A stretch of DNA of 43,146 bases from an uncultured Aliishimia sp. (GTDB taxonomy: Bacteria; Pseudomonadota; Alphaproteobacteria; Rhodobacterales; Rhodobacteraceae). The notes beneath the pieces are model-generated. The model was not told the DNA's origin and searched no databases. It saw only the letters and a program-made list of their open reading frames with translations. The position numbers were made by a program, and so were the translations under genes. Shown here piece by piece: positions 35,756 through 43,146 of the stretch (positions within the stretch are counted from its first letter, which is position 1; every line of letters begins with the position of its first letter). The stretch covers positions 1 through 43,146 of the forward strand of contig CBDUPF010000001.1 in assembly GCA_965369035.1 (NCBI GenBank), in the 5' to 3' direction.

Positions 35756-36550
35756 TCACAGGTAAAGCAGGTCCTTGTGCCAGCGTCGCAGGAAGAAGAG
35801 CCCGACCACGAGGCAGATCAGACCGAAGCCGAACACATAGGCCGGCGATGCGTAGGCCGCGTCATATGTGGGATAGAACGCCTTGCGCATGATCCCGATC
35901 ACATGGACCAACGGGTTGAACCACAGGATCGAGCGGTAGGGCTCCGGTATGCTTTCGAACAGAAAGAAGATCCCCGAGATGATGAACATCGGCCGGTGCA
36001 GGATGTTCCAGACCCGCTGCCACACCGGCAGGACGGAGATCAGCAGGCAGTTGAGAACGCCCACGCCGCCGCCCACCATCGCCGCCATGGCAAGCGAGAG
36101 TGCCACCAGCGGCGCGTCAATGGTCACATGCGGCTCGAAGATCAGGAGGATCACGGCGATCACGACATAAAACACGATGATCTGCGTCATCAGCGCGAGA
36201 ATCGCACGGCTGATGATCGCGTCGATGAAGCTGACCGCGGGATATTGCAGCAGCGGTTTCGAAAACCAGATCGACACCATCAGGCGCGCGTTCATCTGCA
36301 CGTACATCGTGTAGGGCAGGATTCCGGTGGCATAGAAGATCGGGAAGTCCGAGCCGATGGGGGGAGAGCGGAAGGCCAGCGAAAAGACGAATGTCAGCAA
36401 CGCGATACCGGCTGCCGGTTCCAGAACCGCCCACAGGTATCCGCCCGGCGACCGGCCATAGGTCGTCGACATCTCGCGCAGGAGAAGGGCCGTCATCGAC
36501 CGCAGGCTCTTGCGGAGCCAGCCATCCTTCCGTTCGATCGTATGCGCCAT
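35756..36550 (-). CDS. kpsM: Capsular polysaccharide ABC exporter permease
   Basis: LLREMSTTYGRSPGGYLWAVLEP, SGIFF, LWFNPLVH; ABC-2 membrane domain. Confidence 0.92.
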   Translation of the reverse strand: MAHTIERKDGWLRKSLRSMTALLLREMSTTYGRSPGGYLWAVLEPAAGIALLTFVFSLAFRSPPIGSDFPIFYATGILPYTMYVQMNARLMVSIWFSKPLLQYPAVSFIDAIISRAILALMTQIIVFYVVIAVILLIFEPHVTIDAPLVALSLAMAAMVGGGVGVLNCLLISVLPVWQRVWNILHRPMFIISGIFFLFESIPEPYRSILWFNPLVHVIGIMRKAFYPTYDAAYASPAYVFGFGLICLVVGLFFLRRWHKDLLYL

Positions 36551-36646
36551 TCGGTTGCGGATTCTCCGTCGAGTTAAATCAATTGTTAACGAAATTCCGT
36601 ATACGAATTCCTAACAAACCTGAAAAAGGCGTGAACAGGCTCCACC

Positions 36647-37819
36647 GTGAGGGTCGTTGAAACCAAAACCCCGCCAGACTCCGTGGGTCCGGCGCGCCAG
36701 CCGCAACCGGTCCGCCGGTCGCGGACGAAGGCGCGTCACATCGGCCTGTATCTCAGCTTCCTGATCCTGGTCGTGGTCCCGGTGGCCGTGTCGGGCTGGT
36801 ATCTCTACGAGCGGGCGGAGGATCAATATGCCTCGCGCGTGGGCTTCGCGGTGCGAGCGCAGGACATGCAGGTTCCCGTCGACCTCTTCGAGGGGCTGGG
36901 GTCCATGGGCGGGGCCAGCACGTCCGACACGGACATCCTCTACGAATTCATCCAGAGCCAGGAGATGGTCGAACTGGTCGACGAGCGGCTGGACCTGCGC
37001 GCGCTCTATTCCAAGCCCCAGGACGACCCGGTCTTTGCCTTCGATCCGGACGCGCCGATAGAGTCGCTGGTCGATTACTGGCAGAGCATGGTGGCCGTAC
37101 ACTACGATTCGGGCACCGGGCTGATCGAACTGCGCGTGCGCGCCTTCGCGCCCGAGGACGCCGTGGCGATCGCCGAGGAGATCCTCGACCGGTCCAGCGT
37201 GATGATCAACCGGCTGAGCGCCATCGCACGGGAGGACCGGACCCGCTATGCCCGCGAGGAGCTGGATGCGGCCGTCGAACGGCTCAAATCCGCGCGCCAG
37301 GCGCTGACCCGGTTCCGGTCGACCACGCAAATCGTGGATCCTTCGGCGGACGTGCAGGGGCAGATGACCGTCCTCGTGTCGCTGCAGCAGACGCTGGCCG
37401 AGGCCTACATCGAACACGACCTCCTGATCGAGAACAGCAGCGAACGCGATCCGCGCGTCGAGCAGATTCGCAAGCAGATCGACGTGATCCAGCGCCGGAT
37501 CGACGCCGAACGCCGGAAGTTCGGGCTTGGGGCGGATGGCGACGAGACCTATTCCACGCTGCTCTCCCGGTTCGAGGAACTGAGCGTCGATCTGGAATTC
37601 GCGCAGACCTCCTACCTCAACGCGCTCACCTCCTACGATGCCGCCCTTCGCGAGGCGCAGAAGCAGAGCCGTTACCTGGCCGCCTATCTCCGCCCCACGC
37701 ACCCGCAAAGTGCGGAGTTCCCGCAGCGCGAACTGCTTCTCGGGCTGATCGCGCTTTTCGTCTTCCTGATCTGGTCGGTGCTGGCGCTGATCTACTATTC
37801 CGTGCGGGATCGCAGCTGA
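36647..37819 (+). CDS. kpsE: Capsular polysaccharide export inner-membrane (PCP-3) protein
   Basis: N- and C-terminal transmembrane helices around a coiled-coil periplasmic region; YASRVGFAVR, ILYEFIQS, GLIELRVRAF.P.DA, SRYL. Confidence 0.9.
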   Translation: MRVVETKTPPDSVGPARQPQPVRRSRTKARHIGLYLSFLILVVVPVAVSGWYLYERAEDQYASRVGFAVRAQDMQVPVDLFEGLGSMGGASTSDTDILYEFIQSQEMVELVDERLDLRALYSKPQDDPVFAFDPDAPIESLVDYWQSMVAVHYDSGTGLIELRVRAFAPEDAVAIAEEILDRSSVMINRLSAIAREDRTRYAREELDAAVERLKSARQALTRFRSTTQIVDPSADVQGQMTVLVSLQQTLAEAYIEHDLLIENSSERDPRVEQIRKQIDVIQRRIDAERRKFGLGADGDETYSTLLSRFEELSVDLEFAQTSYLNALTSYDAALREAQKQSRYLAAYLRPTHPQSAEFPQRELLLGLIALFVFLIWSVLALIYYSVRDRS

Positions 37820-37823
37820 GGCC

Positions 37824-38480
37824 ATGATCCAGCTGGTAAATCTGTGCAAGAGTTTCGGGCATGGCGGTCGGCGCAAGGTCGTGGCCGACAACCTCAACCT
37901 CGCCTTTCCCGAAGGCCGGTCAGTGGCGCTGCTCGGTCGGAACGGGGCGGGGAAATCCACGCTTTTGCGCATTCTCGCCGGCACGATGAACCCCGATTCG
38001 GGTCATGTCCGCATGCGTGGCACAGTGTCCTGGCCGGTGGGTTTTGCCGGGTCGTTCCACGGCGATCTGACAGGCGCCCAAAACGTGCGCTTTCTCGCCC
38101 GAGTCTATGGGGTCGACACGAACGCGCTGGAAGATTTCGTGGAGGATTTCGCGGAACTCGGCCAGCATTTCCGCATGCCGTTCAAGAGCTATTCTTCCGG
38201 CATGCGGTCGCGGCTTGCCTTCGGCGTTTCCATGGGCATCCGGTTCGACACCTACCTGATCGACGAGGTCACCTCCGTGGGGGATGCCGCATTCCGACAG
38301 AAGAGCGCGGATTTCCTGCTGGACCGGTTGCAGGACAGCGGCGCCATCGTCGTCTCGCACGGCATGGGCATGCTGCGCAGGCTTTGTGACTGCGCGGCCG
38401 TGCTCGAGGCGGGTCAGCTGACCTTCTACGAGGACCTCGACGAGGCAATCGCGGTGCACGAGGCGCGCCTGCTCCACTGA
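37824..38480 (+). CDS. kpsT: Capsular polysaccharide ABC exporter ATPase
   Basis: GRNGAGKST, VSWPVGF, YSSGMRSRLAFG, YLIDEVTSVGD, VSH. Confidence 0.95.
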   Translation: MIQLVNLCKSFGHGGRRKVVADNLNLAFPEGRSVALLGRNGAGKSTLLRILAGTMNPDSGHVRMRGTVSWPVGFAGSFHGDLTGAQNVRFLARVYGVDTNALEDFVEDFAELGQHFRMPFKSYSSGMRSRLAFGVSMGIRFDTYLIDEVTSVGDAAFRQKSADFLLDRLQDSGAIVVSHGMGMLRRLCDCAAVLEAGQLTFYEDLDEAIAVHEARLLH

Positions 38481-38541
38481 CTTTTTCTTCTGTTTTCGGG
38501 CCAAGGGGGCACCGGGCCGCTACCACAACCAGCTCACCCAT

Positions 38542-38575
38542 ATACTTTAGGCATGAAATATTTTTGCTTGAAATA
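38542..38575. promoter_or_regulatory. AT-rich promoter with imperfect palindrome; candidate MarR operator of the abm operon
   Basis: ATACTTTAGGCATGAAATAT (14 of 20 positions self-complementary) followed by a repeated half-site GCTTGAAAT 15 bp later. Confidence 0.45.
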
Positions 38576-38621
38576 AAATTTCGGCATTGCTAGCGTGAAG
38601 GTGGCTACAGGAGGGAGTGAC

Positions 38622-40916
38622 ATGCGTGTTGCCTGTTTGGGCGGCGGCCCTGCCGGTCTCTACTTTGCGATTTCGATGAAGCTGCGCGATCCCGGTTGCG
38701 AGATCACGGTGATCGAACGCAACCGGCCCGACGATACCTTCGGCTGGGGCGTGGTGCTGTCCGACGAGACGCTGGAAAACCTCGAGGCGAACGACCCCGA
38801 AAGTGCCGCCAGGATCCGCGCCGAATTCGCCTATTGGGACGATATCGCGCTGCATATCCACGGGCAGACGATCACCTCCACCGGTCACGGCTTCTGCGGC
38901 ATCGGGCGGCGTCGGCTGCTGATGATCCTGCAGGCACGGGCGCGCGAGTTGGGTGTCGACCTGCGCTTCCAGACGGAGATCGAAAGCGCGCGCGCGTACA
39001 TGGACGACTATGATCTCGTCGTGGCGTCCGACGGGCTGAATTCCAAGACGCGGACGGAGTTCGAGGGCGCGTTCAAACCGGATATCGACATCCGGCGCTG
39101 TCCCTTCGTCTGGCTCGGTACGCATCAGAAATTCGACGACGCCTTCACCTTCATCTTCGAGAAGACGAAACACGGCTGGGTCTGGGCGCACGCCTACCAG
39201 TTCGATGCCGACACCGCGACCTTCATCGTGGAGTGTTCCAAGGCCACCTTCGACGCCTGGGGGTTCGAACGCATGAGTCAGGAGGAGAGCATCGCGGTCT
39301 GCGAGGAGATCTTCCGCGATCACCTCGGCGGTCACGGGCTGATGACGAATGCCCGGCACATCCGCGGGTCGGCCTGGATACGCTTTCCCCGCGTGCTGTG
39401 CGAAAACTGGGCACACCAGAACGTGGTTCTGTTGGGCGACGCCGCGGCAACCGCACATTTTTCCATCGGGTCCGGAACCAAGCTGGCGCTGGAATCGGCC
39501 ATTGCGCTGGCCGATCACGTCACGAAGGAGCCTGACCTGGCCACCGCGTTCCAGAAATACGAGGACGCCCGCCGGCTGGAAGTTCTGCGTCTGCAATCGG
39601 CCGCGCGCAATTCGGTCGAATGGTTCGAGGACGTCGAACGCTATCTCGATCTCGATCCCGTCCAGCTCAATTACTCCCTGCTGACGCGCTCGCAGAGGAT
39701 CAGCCACGAGAACCTGCGCGAACGCGATCCCGACTGGCTGGGCGATGCGGAGGCCTGGTTCATGGAGCAGGCGGGTGCGCGCACGAACGGCCCCGCCCGG
39801 GCGCCGATGTTCGCGCCGTTCCGCTTGCGTGACATGTCTCTGAAGAACCGCATCGTCGTCTCGCCCATGGCGCAATACAAGGCCGTCGACGGCTGCCCTA
39901 CCGACTGGCACCTGATCCACTACGGCGAGCGCGCCAAGGGCGGCGCGGGGCTCGTCTACACCGAGATGACCTGTGTCAGTCCGGAGGGCCGGATCACGCC
40001 GGGCTGTCCGGGGCTTTATGCGCCCGACCACGAGGCCGCGTGGCGTCGACTGGTCGATTTCGTCCATGCCGAGACGGACGCGAAGATCTGTTCCCAGATC
40101 GGCCATTCCGGGCGCAAGGGCTCCACCCAACTGGGCTGGGAGGAGATGGACGCGCCGCTGCCCTCGGGCAATTGGGACGTCATGTCGGCGAGCCCGATTC
40201 CCTGGTCCGAGCGCAATCCCGTCCCGCGCGAAATGACACGCGCGGACATGGACCGCGTGCGGGACGAATTCGTGGCGGCGGCACAGATGGCCGAACGCGC
40301 GGGCTTCGACATGATCGAGTTGCACGCGGCGCATGGTTACCTACTGTCGTCGTTTCTGACGCCCGTGTCGAACGTGCGGACGGACGAGTACGGCGGGTCG
40401 CGTGAAAACCGCCTGCGCTACCCGCTGGAAGTCTTCCGCGCCATGCGCGCCGTCTGGCCGGAGGCGAAACCGATGTCGGTGCGAATTTCCGCCAACGACT
40501 GGGTGGGCGCGGACGGGATCACGCCGGAAGACGCGGTGGACATCGCGCGCGCCTTCAGCGACGCGGGCGCGGACATCATCGACGTGAGTGCAGGCCAGAC
40601 CTCGACCGAGGCACAGCCGGTCTATGGCCGCATGTTCCAGACCCCGTTTTCCGACCGGATCCGCAACGAGGCCGGGCTCGCGACGATGGCGGTCGGCAAC
40701 ATCTACGAAGCCGATCATGTCAATTCGATCCTGATGGCCGGGCGGGCCGACCTGGTCTGTTTGGCGCGGCCGCACCTTGCCGATCCCTACTGGACACTGC
40801 GCGAGGGCGCCCGGATCGGTGACCGGCAGGCCGAATGGCCCAAACCCTACGAGGCCGGGCGCGACCAGATGTGGCGGCTGATGGACCGCGCGGCGGAAAT
40901 GGAGATGAAGGTATGA
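38622..40916 (+). CDS. abmA: Bifunctional 2-aminobenzoyl-CoA/salicylyl-CoA monooxygenase-reductase
   Basis: N-terminal FAD monooxygenase ([33 protein letters not shown]) fused to an old yellow enzyme domain ([27 protein letters not shown]). Confidence 0.93.
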   Translation: MRVACLGGGPAGLYFAISMKLRDPGCEITVIERNRPDDTFGWGVVLSDETLENLEANDPESAARIRAEFAYWDDIALHIHGQTITSTGHGFCGIGRRRLLMILQARARELGVDLRFQTEIESARAYMDDYDLVVASDGLNSKTRTEFEGAFKPDIDIRRCPFVWLGTHQKFDDAFTFIFEKTKHGWVWAHAYQFDADTATFIVECSKATFDAWGFERMSQEESIAVCEEIFRDHLGGHGLMTNARHIRGSAWIRFPRVLCENWAHQNVVLLGDAAATAHFSIGSGTKLALESAIALADHVTKEPDLATAFQKYEDARRLEVLRLQSAARNSVEWFEDVERYLDLDPVQLNYSLLTRSQRISHENLRERDPDWLGDAEAWFMEQAGARTNGPARAPMFAPFRLRDMSLKNRIVVSPMAQYKAVDGCPTDWHLIHYGERAKGGAGLVYTEMTCVSPEGRITPGCPGLYAPDHEAAWRRLVDFVHAETDAKICSQIGHSGRKGSTQLGWEEMDAPLPSGNWDVMSASPIPWSERNPVPREMTRADMDRVRDEFVAAAQMAERAGFDMIELHAAHGYLLSSFLTPVSNVRTDEYGGSRENRLRYPLEVFRAMRAVWPEAKPMSVRISANDWVGADGITPEDAVDIARAFSDAGADIIDVSAGQTSTEAQPVYGRMFQTPFSDRIRNEAGLATMAVGNIYEADHVNSILMAGRADLVCLARPHLADPYWTLREGARIGDRQAEWPKPYEAGRDQMWRLMDRAAEMEMKV

Positions 40917-41632
40917 CACGGGTTCTGGTGACAGGCGGCGGATCGGGCATCGGGCGCGGCATCGCGCGGCATTTCGCGAACGAAGGGGCGGATGTGACCA
41001 TCACTGGCCGCCGGGCGGAGGCGCTGCAGGAAACCGACGGCGGGCGGGGCATGACCTGCCGGACGGCGGACGTCTCCGACGAAGCGCAGGTGGTCGCCCT
41101 TTTCGAACAACCCTATGACATCGTGGTGGCCAATGCGGGCGTGGGCACCGCGGTCAAGCTGGTCGACTGCACGCTGGAGGAATGGGAGCGGCTGATGCGC
41201 ATCAACCTCACCGGCGTGTTCCTCACCTTCCGCGAGGCGATGAAGGGCATGACCGCCGGCGGCCGCCTGATCGCCATTGCCTCCACCGCGGGTCTGCAGG
41301 GCGGGCCGAACCTCTCGCCCTACGTCGCCTCCAAGCATGGGGTCGTGGGGTTCGTGCGGGCCGTGGCGCACGAGGCGGCGCGCGTGGGCGTCACTTGCAA
41401 CGCGGTCTGCCCCGGTTTCGTGGAGACCGAGATGGCCGAGAGCGCCGTGGCCAACGTCATGACCAAGTTCAACGTCTCCGCAGAGGAGGCCGCCGCGCGG
41501 ATCACCTCGCGCAACCCGATGCGCCGGATGATCACCGTGGACGAAGTCGTGGCCGCGGTGGCTTTCCTGGCCTCACCCGGCGCGTCCATGGTCAATGGGC
41601 ACGCGCTGTCCGTTTCGGGGGGCGAAATATGA
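40913..41632 (+). CDS. SDR family oxidoreductase (3-hydroxyacyl-CoA dehydrogenase-like)
   Basis: [24 protein letters not shown]; ATGA overlap with abmA. Confidence 0.92.
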   Translation: MTRVLVTGGGSGIGRGIARHFANEGADVTITGRRAEALQETDGGRGMTCRTADVSDEAQVVALFEQPYDIVVANAGVGTAVKLVDCTLEEWERLMRINLTGVFLTFREAMKGMTAGGRLIAIASTAGLQGGPNLSPYVASKHGVVGFVRAVAHEAARVGVTCNAVCPGFVETEMAESAVANVMTKFNVSAEEAAARITSRNPMRRMITVDEVVAAVAFLASPGASMVNGHALSVSGGEI

Positions 41633-42078
41633 GCGAGTCCAAGGACCGGCTGCGGCTATGGCTGCGACTGCTCAAACTGACCCGCCAGATCGAGGCCGAG
41701 CTGCGCGACCGGCTGCGGTCCGAATTCTCCACCACCCTGCCGCGGTTCGACGTGATGGCGGCGCTGTCGCGCCACGCCGAGGGGCTGAAGATGAGCCAGC
41801 TCTCCGCCGTCCTGCGCGTCTCGAACGGGAATGTCACCGGGATCGTCGATCGCCTGGCCGACGAGGGCTTCGTCGAACGTGTGCCCGTGGCGGGTGACCG
41901 GCGTGCCATGATCGTCCGGATGACGGCCGCTGGGCGCACGGAATTTGCCCGGCAGGCCCAGGAACACGAGAGCTGGATCGACAGGCTGTTGTCCGACCTC
42001 TCCGCCGAGGAGGCGCGACGCCTGACCGCACGTCTGTCCGAAATCACCGAAGGGAGGGATACGGCTCATGCGCTCTGA
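41629..42078 (+). CDS. MarR family transcriptional regulator
   Basis: [37 protein letters not shown]; ATGA overlap with the SDR gene. Confidence 0.93.
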   Translation: MSESKDRLRLWLRLLKLTRQIEAELRDRLRSEFSTTLPRFDVMAALSRHAEGLKMSQLSAVLRVSNGNVTGIVDRLADEGFVERVPVAGDRRAMIVRMTAAGRTEFARQAQEHESWIDRLLSDLSAEEARRLTARLSEITEGRDTAHAL

Positions 42079-42868
42079 CGTCAGACATTTCGCGCTGGAG
42101 ATCGCGGACGGGATCGCCACCGTGCGCCTCGACCGGCCGGAGCGGAAGAACCCGCTGACCTTCGACAGCTACGCCGAACTGCGCGACTGGTTCCGCGACC
42201 TGCACTACGACGACGAGGTGAAGGCCGTGGTCTTTGGCGGGACCGGCGGCAATTTCTCCTCCGGTGGCGATGTGCACGAGATCATCGGGCCGCTGACCGA
42301 AATGAACATGAAGGACCTGCTGGCCTTCACCCGCATGACCGGCGACCTGGTCAAGGCGATGCTGGGCTGCGGGAAACCGATCGTCGCGGCCGTGGACGGC
42401 GCCTGTGCCGGGGCGGGTGCGATCATCGCCATGGCATCGGACCTGCGGATCGGGACACCAGCGGCCAAGGTCGCCTTCCTCTTCACCCGCGTGGGGCTGG
42501 CCGGTTGCGACATGGGCGCCTGCGCGATCCTGCCCCGGATCATCGGGCAGGGGCGGGCCGCCGAACTGCTCTATACCGGGAGGTCGATGTCCGGCGAGGA
42601 GGCCGAACGCTGGGGGTTCTTCAACCGGCTGGTGACGCCTGAAGAGCTCGAGAGCACCGCGCGCGCACTGGCCGTTCGAATCTCCGAGGGGCCGGCCTTC
42701 GGTCACATGATGACAAAGTCGATGCTGGCCCAGGAGTGGTCGATGAGCCTTGAGCAGGCGATAGAAGCCGAAGCGCAGGCGCAAGCGATCTGCATGCAGA
42801 CCGAGGATTTCAAGCGGGCCTACCGGGCATTCGTCGCCAAGGAAAAACCGGTCTTTGCAGGGGATTGA
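42068..42868 (+). CDS. Enoyl-CoA hydratase/isomerase family protein
   Basis: [43 protein letters not shown]. Confidence 0.93.
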   Translation: MRSDVRHFALEIADGIATVRLDRPERKNPLTFDSYAELRDWFRDLHYDDEVKAVVFGGTGGNFSSGGDVHEIIGPLTEMNMKDLLAFTRMTGDLVKAMLGCGKPIVAAVDGACAGAGAIIAMASDLRIGTPAAKVAFLFTRVGLAGCDMGACAILPRIIGQGRAAELLYTGRSMSGEEAERWGFFNRLVTPEELESTARALAVRISEGPAFGHMMTKSMLAQEWSMSLEQAIEAEAQAQAICMQTEDFKRAYRAFVAKEKPVFAGD

Positions 42869-42907
42869 GGGGCACCATGCAAATCCGCACCCGCATCGGA
42901 GTTTCTG

Positions 42908-42937
42908 TTTGCAAACCCTGGGACAGGAGTTTGCAAA
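42908..42937 (+). promoter_or_regulatory. Hairpin covering the acyl-CoA dehydrogenase RBS
   Basis: TTTGCAAAC-CCTG-gga-CAGG-a-GTTTGCAAA ends immediately before ATG 42938 and includes AGGAG. Confidence 0.55.
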
Positions 42938-43146
42938 ATGGCTGACAGATCGTTCCTGGACTGGCCGTTCTTCGAGGACCGTCACCGCACCCTGGCGCGC
43001 GACCTCGACGACTGGGCGTCGGCGCACCTGCCGGTCGATCATTCCGACGTGGATGCCGCCTGCCGGGCGCTGGTTCGGGACCTGGGGCAAGCGGGCTGGC
43101 TCTCTCACAGCGGTGGGGAGCTTGATGTCCGCACCTTGTGCCTCAT
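42938..43146 (+). CDS. Acyl-CoA dehydrogenase (5' part; runs off the window)
   Basis: Manual translation MADRSFLDWPFFEDRHRTLARDLDDWA...DVDAACRALVRDLGQAGWL...LDVRTLCL, typical of the dehydrogenase in abm clusters. Confidence 0.85.
   Translation, partial: MADRSFLDWPFFEDRHRTLARDLDDWASAHLPVDHSDVDAACRALVRDLGQAGWLSHSGGELDVRTLCL

Noticed and set aside
91-43108. Many long ORFs in the track (for example 630-1688, 1716-3302, 16390-18312, 19221-20963, 27138-29399, 29407-31629, 38547-40334)
   Set aside because: They are antisense or frame-shifted shadows of well-supported genes, expected in high-GC DNA, with Arg/Gly/Pro-rich low-information translations and no family motifs.

Overview
High-GC alphaproteobacterial chromosome segment; gene content and order suggest Rhodobacteraceae (Roseobacter-type), which is an inference. 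About 44 genuine CDS; no rRNA, tRNA, CRISPR array or mobile element was recognised. Left to right: (1) partial N-formylglutamate amidohydrolase and a divergent RpiR regulator; (2) glucosylglycerate phosphorylase, synthase and phosphatase; (3) the four-gene ATP-grasp/alpha-E/transglutaminase/Anbu operon; (4) a ribokinase-family kinase; (5) a sox thiosulfate-oxidation cluster (soxT-R-S, soxVW-XYZABCDEF) followed by a DUF302 protein and a convergent M24 peptidase/racemase/Tat-MBL-hydrolase unit; (6) a surface-polysaccharide locus with a phosphoglycosyl transferase, serralysin-like RTX protease, two glycosyltransferases, two paralogous SAM methyltransferases with ChW-like C-terminal repeats, a GalE-like epimerase, an sqdB without its usual sulfolipid partners, and kpsM/E/T; (7) the start of an abm-type aminobenzoyl/salicylyl-CoA degradation operon. 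The best candidate for an undescribed system is locus (6), which looks like a pathway for an ABC-exported, C-sulfonated (sulfoquinovose or sulfofucose), O-methylated capsule. Also notable: an ATTC-N8-GAAT motif at four sox-region positions, probably the SoxR operator, and the linkage of the Anbu operon to glucosylglycerate synthesis. All calls come from motif reading only; no database searches were run.
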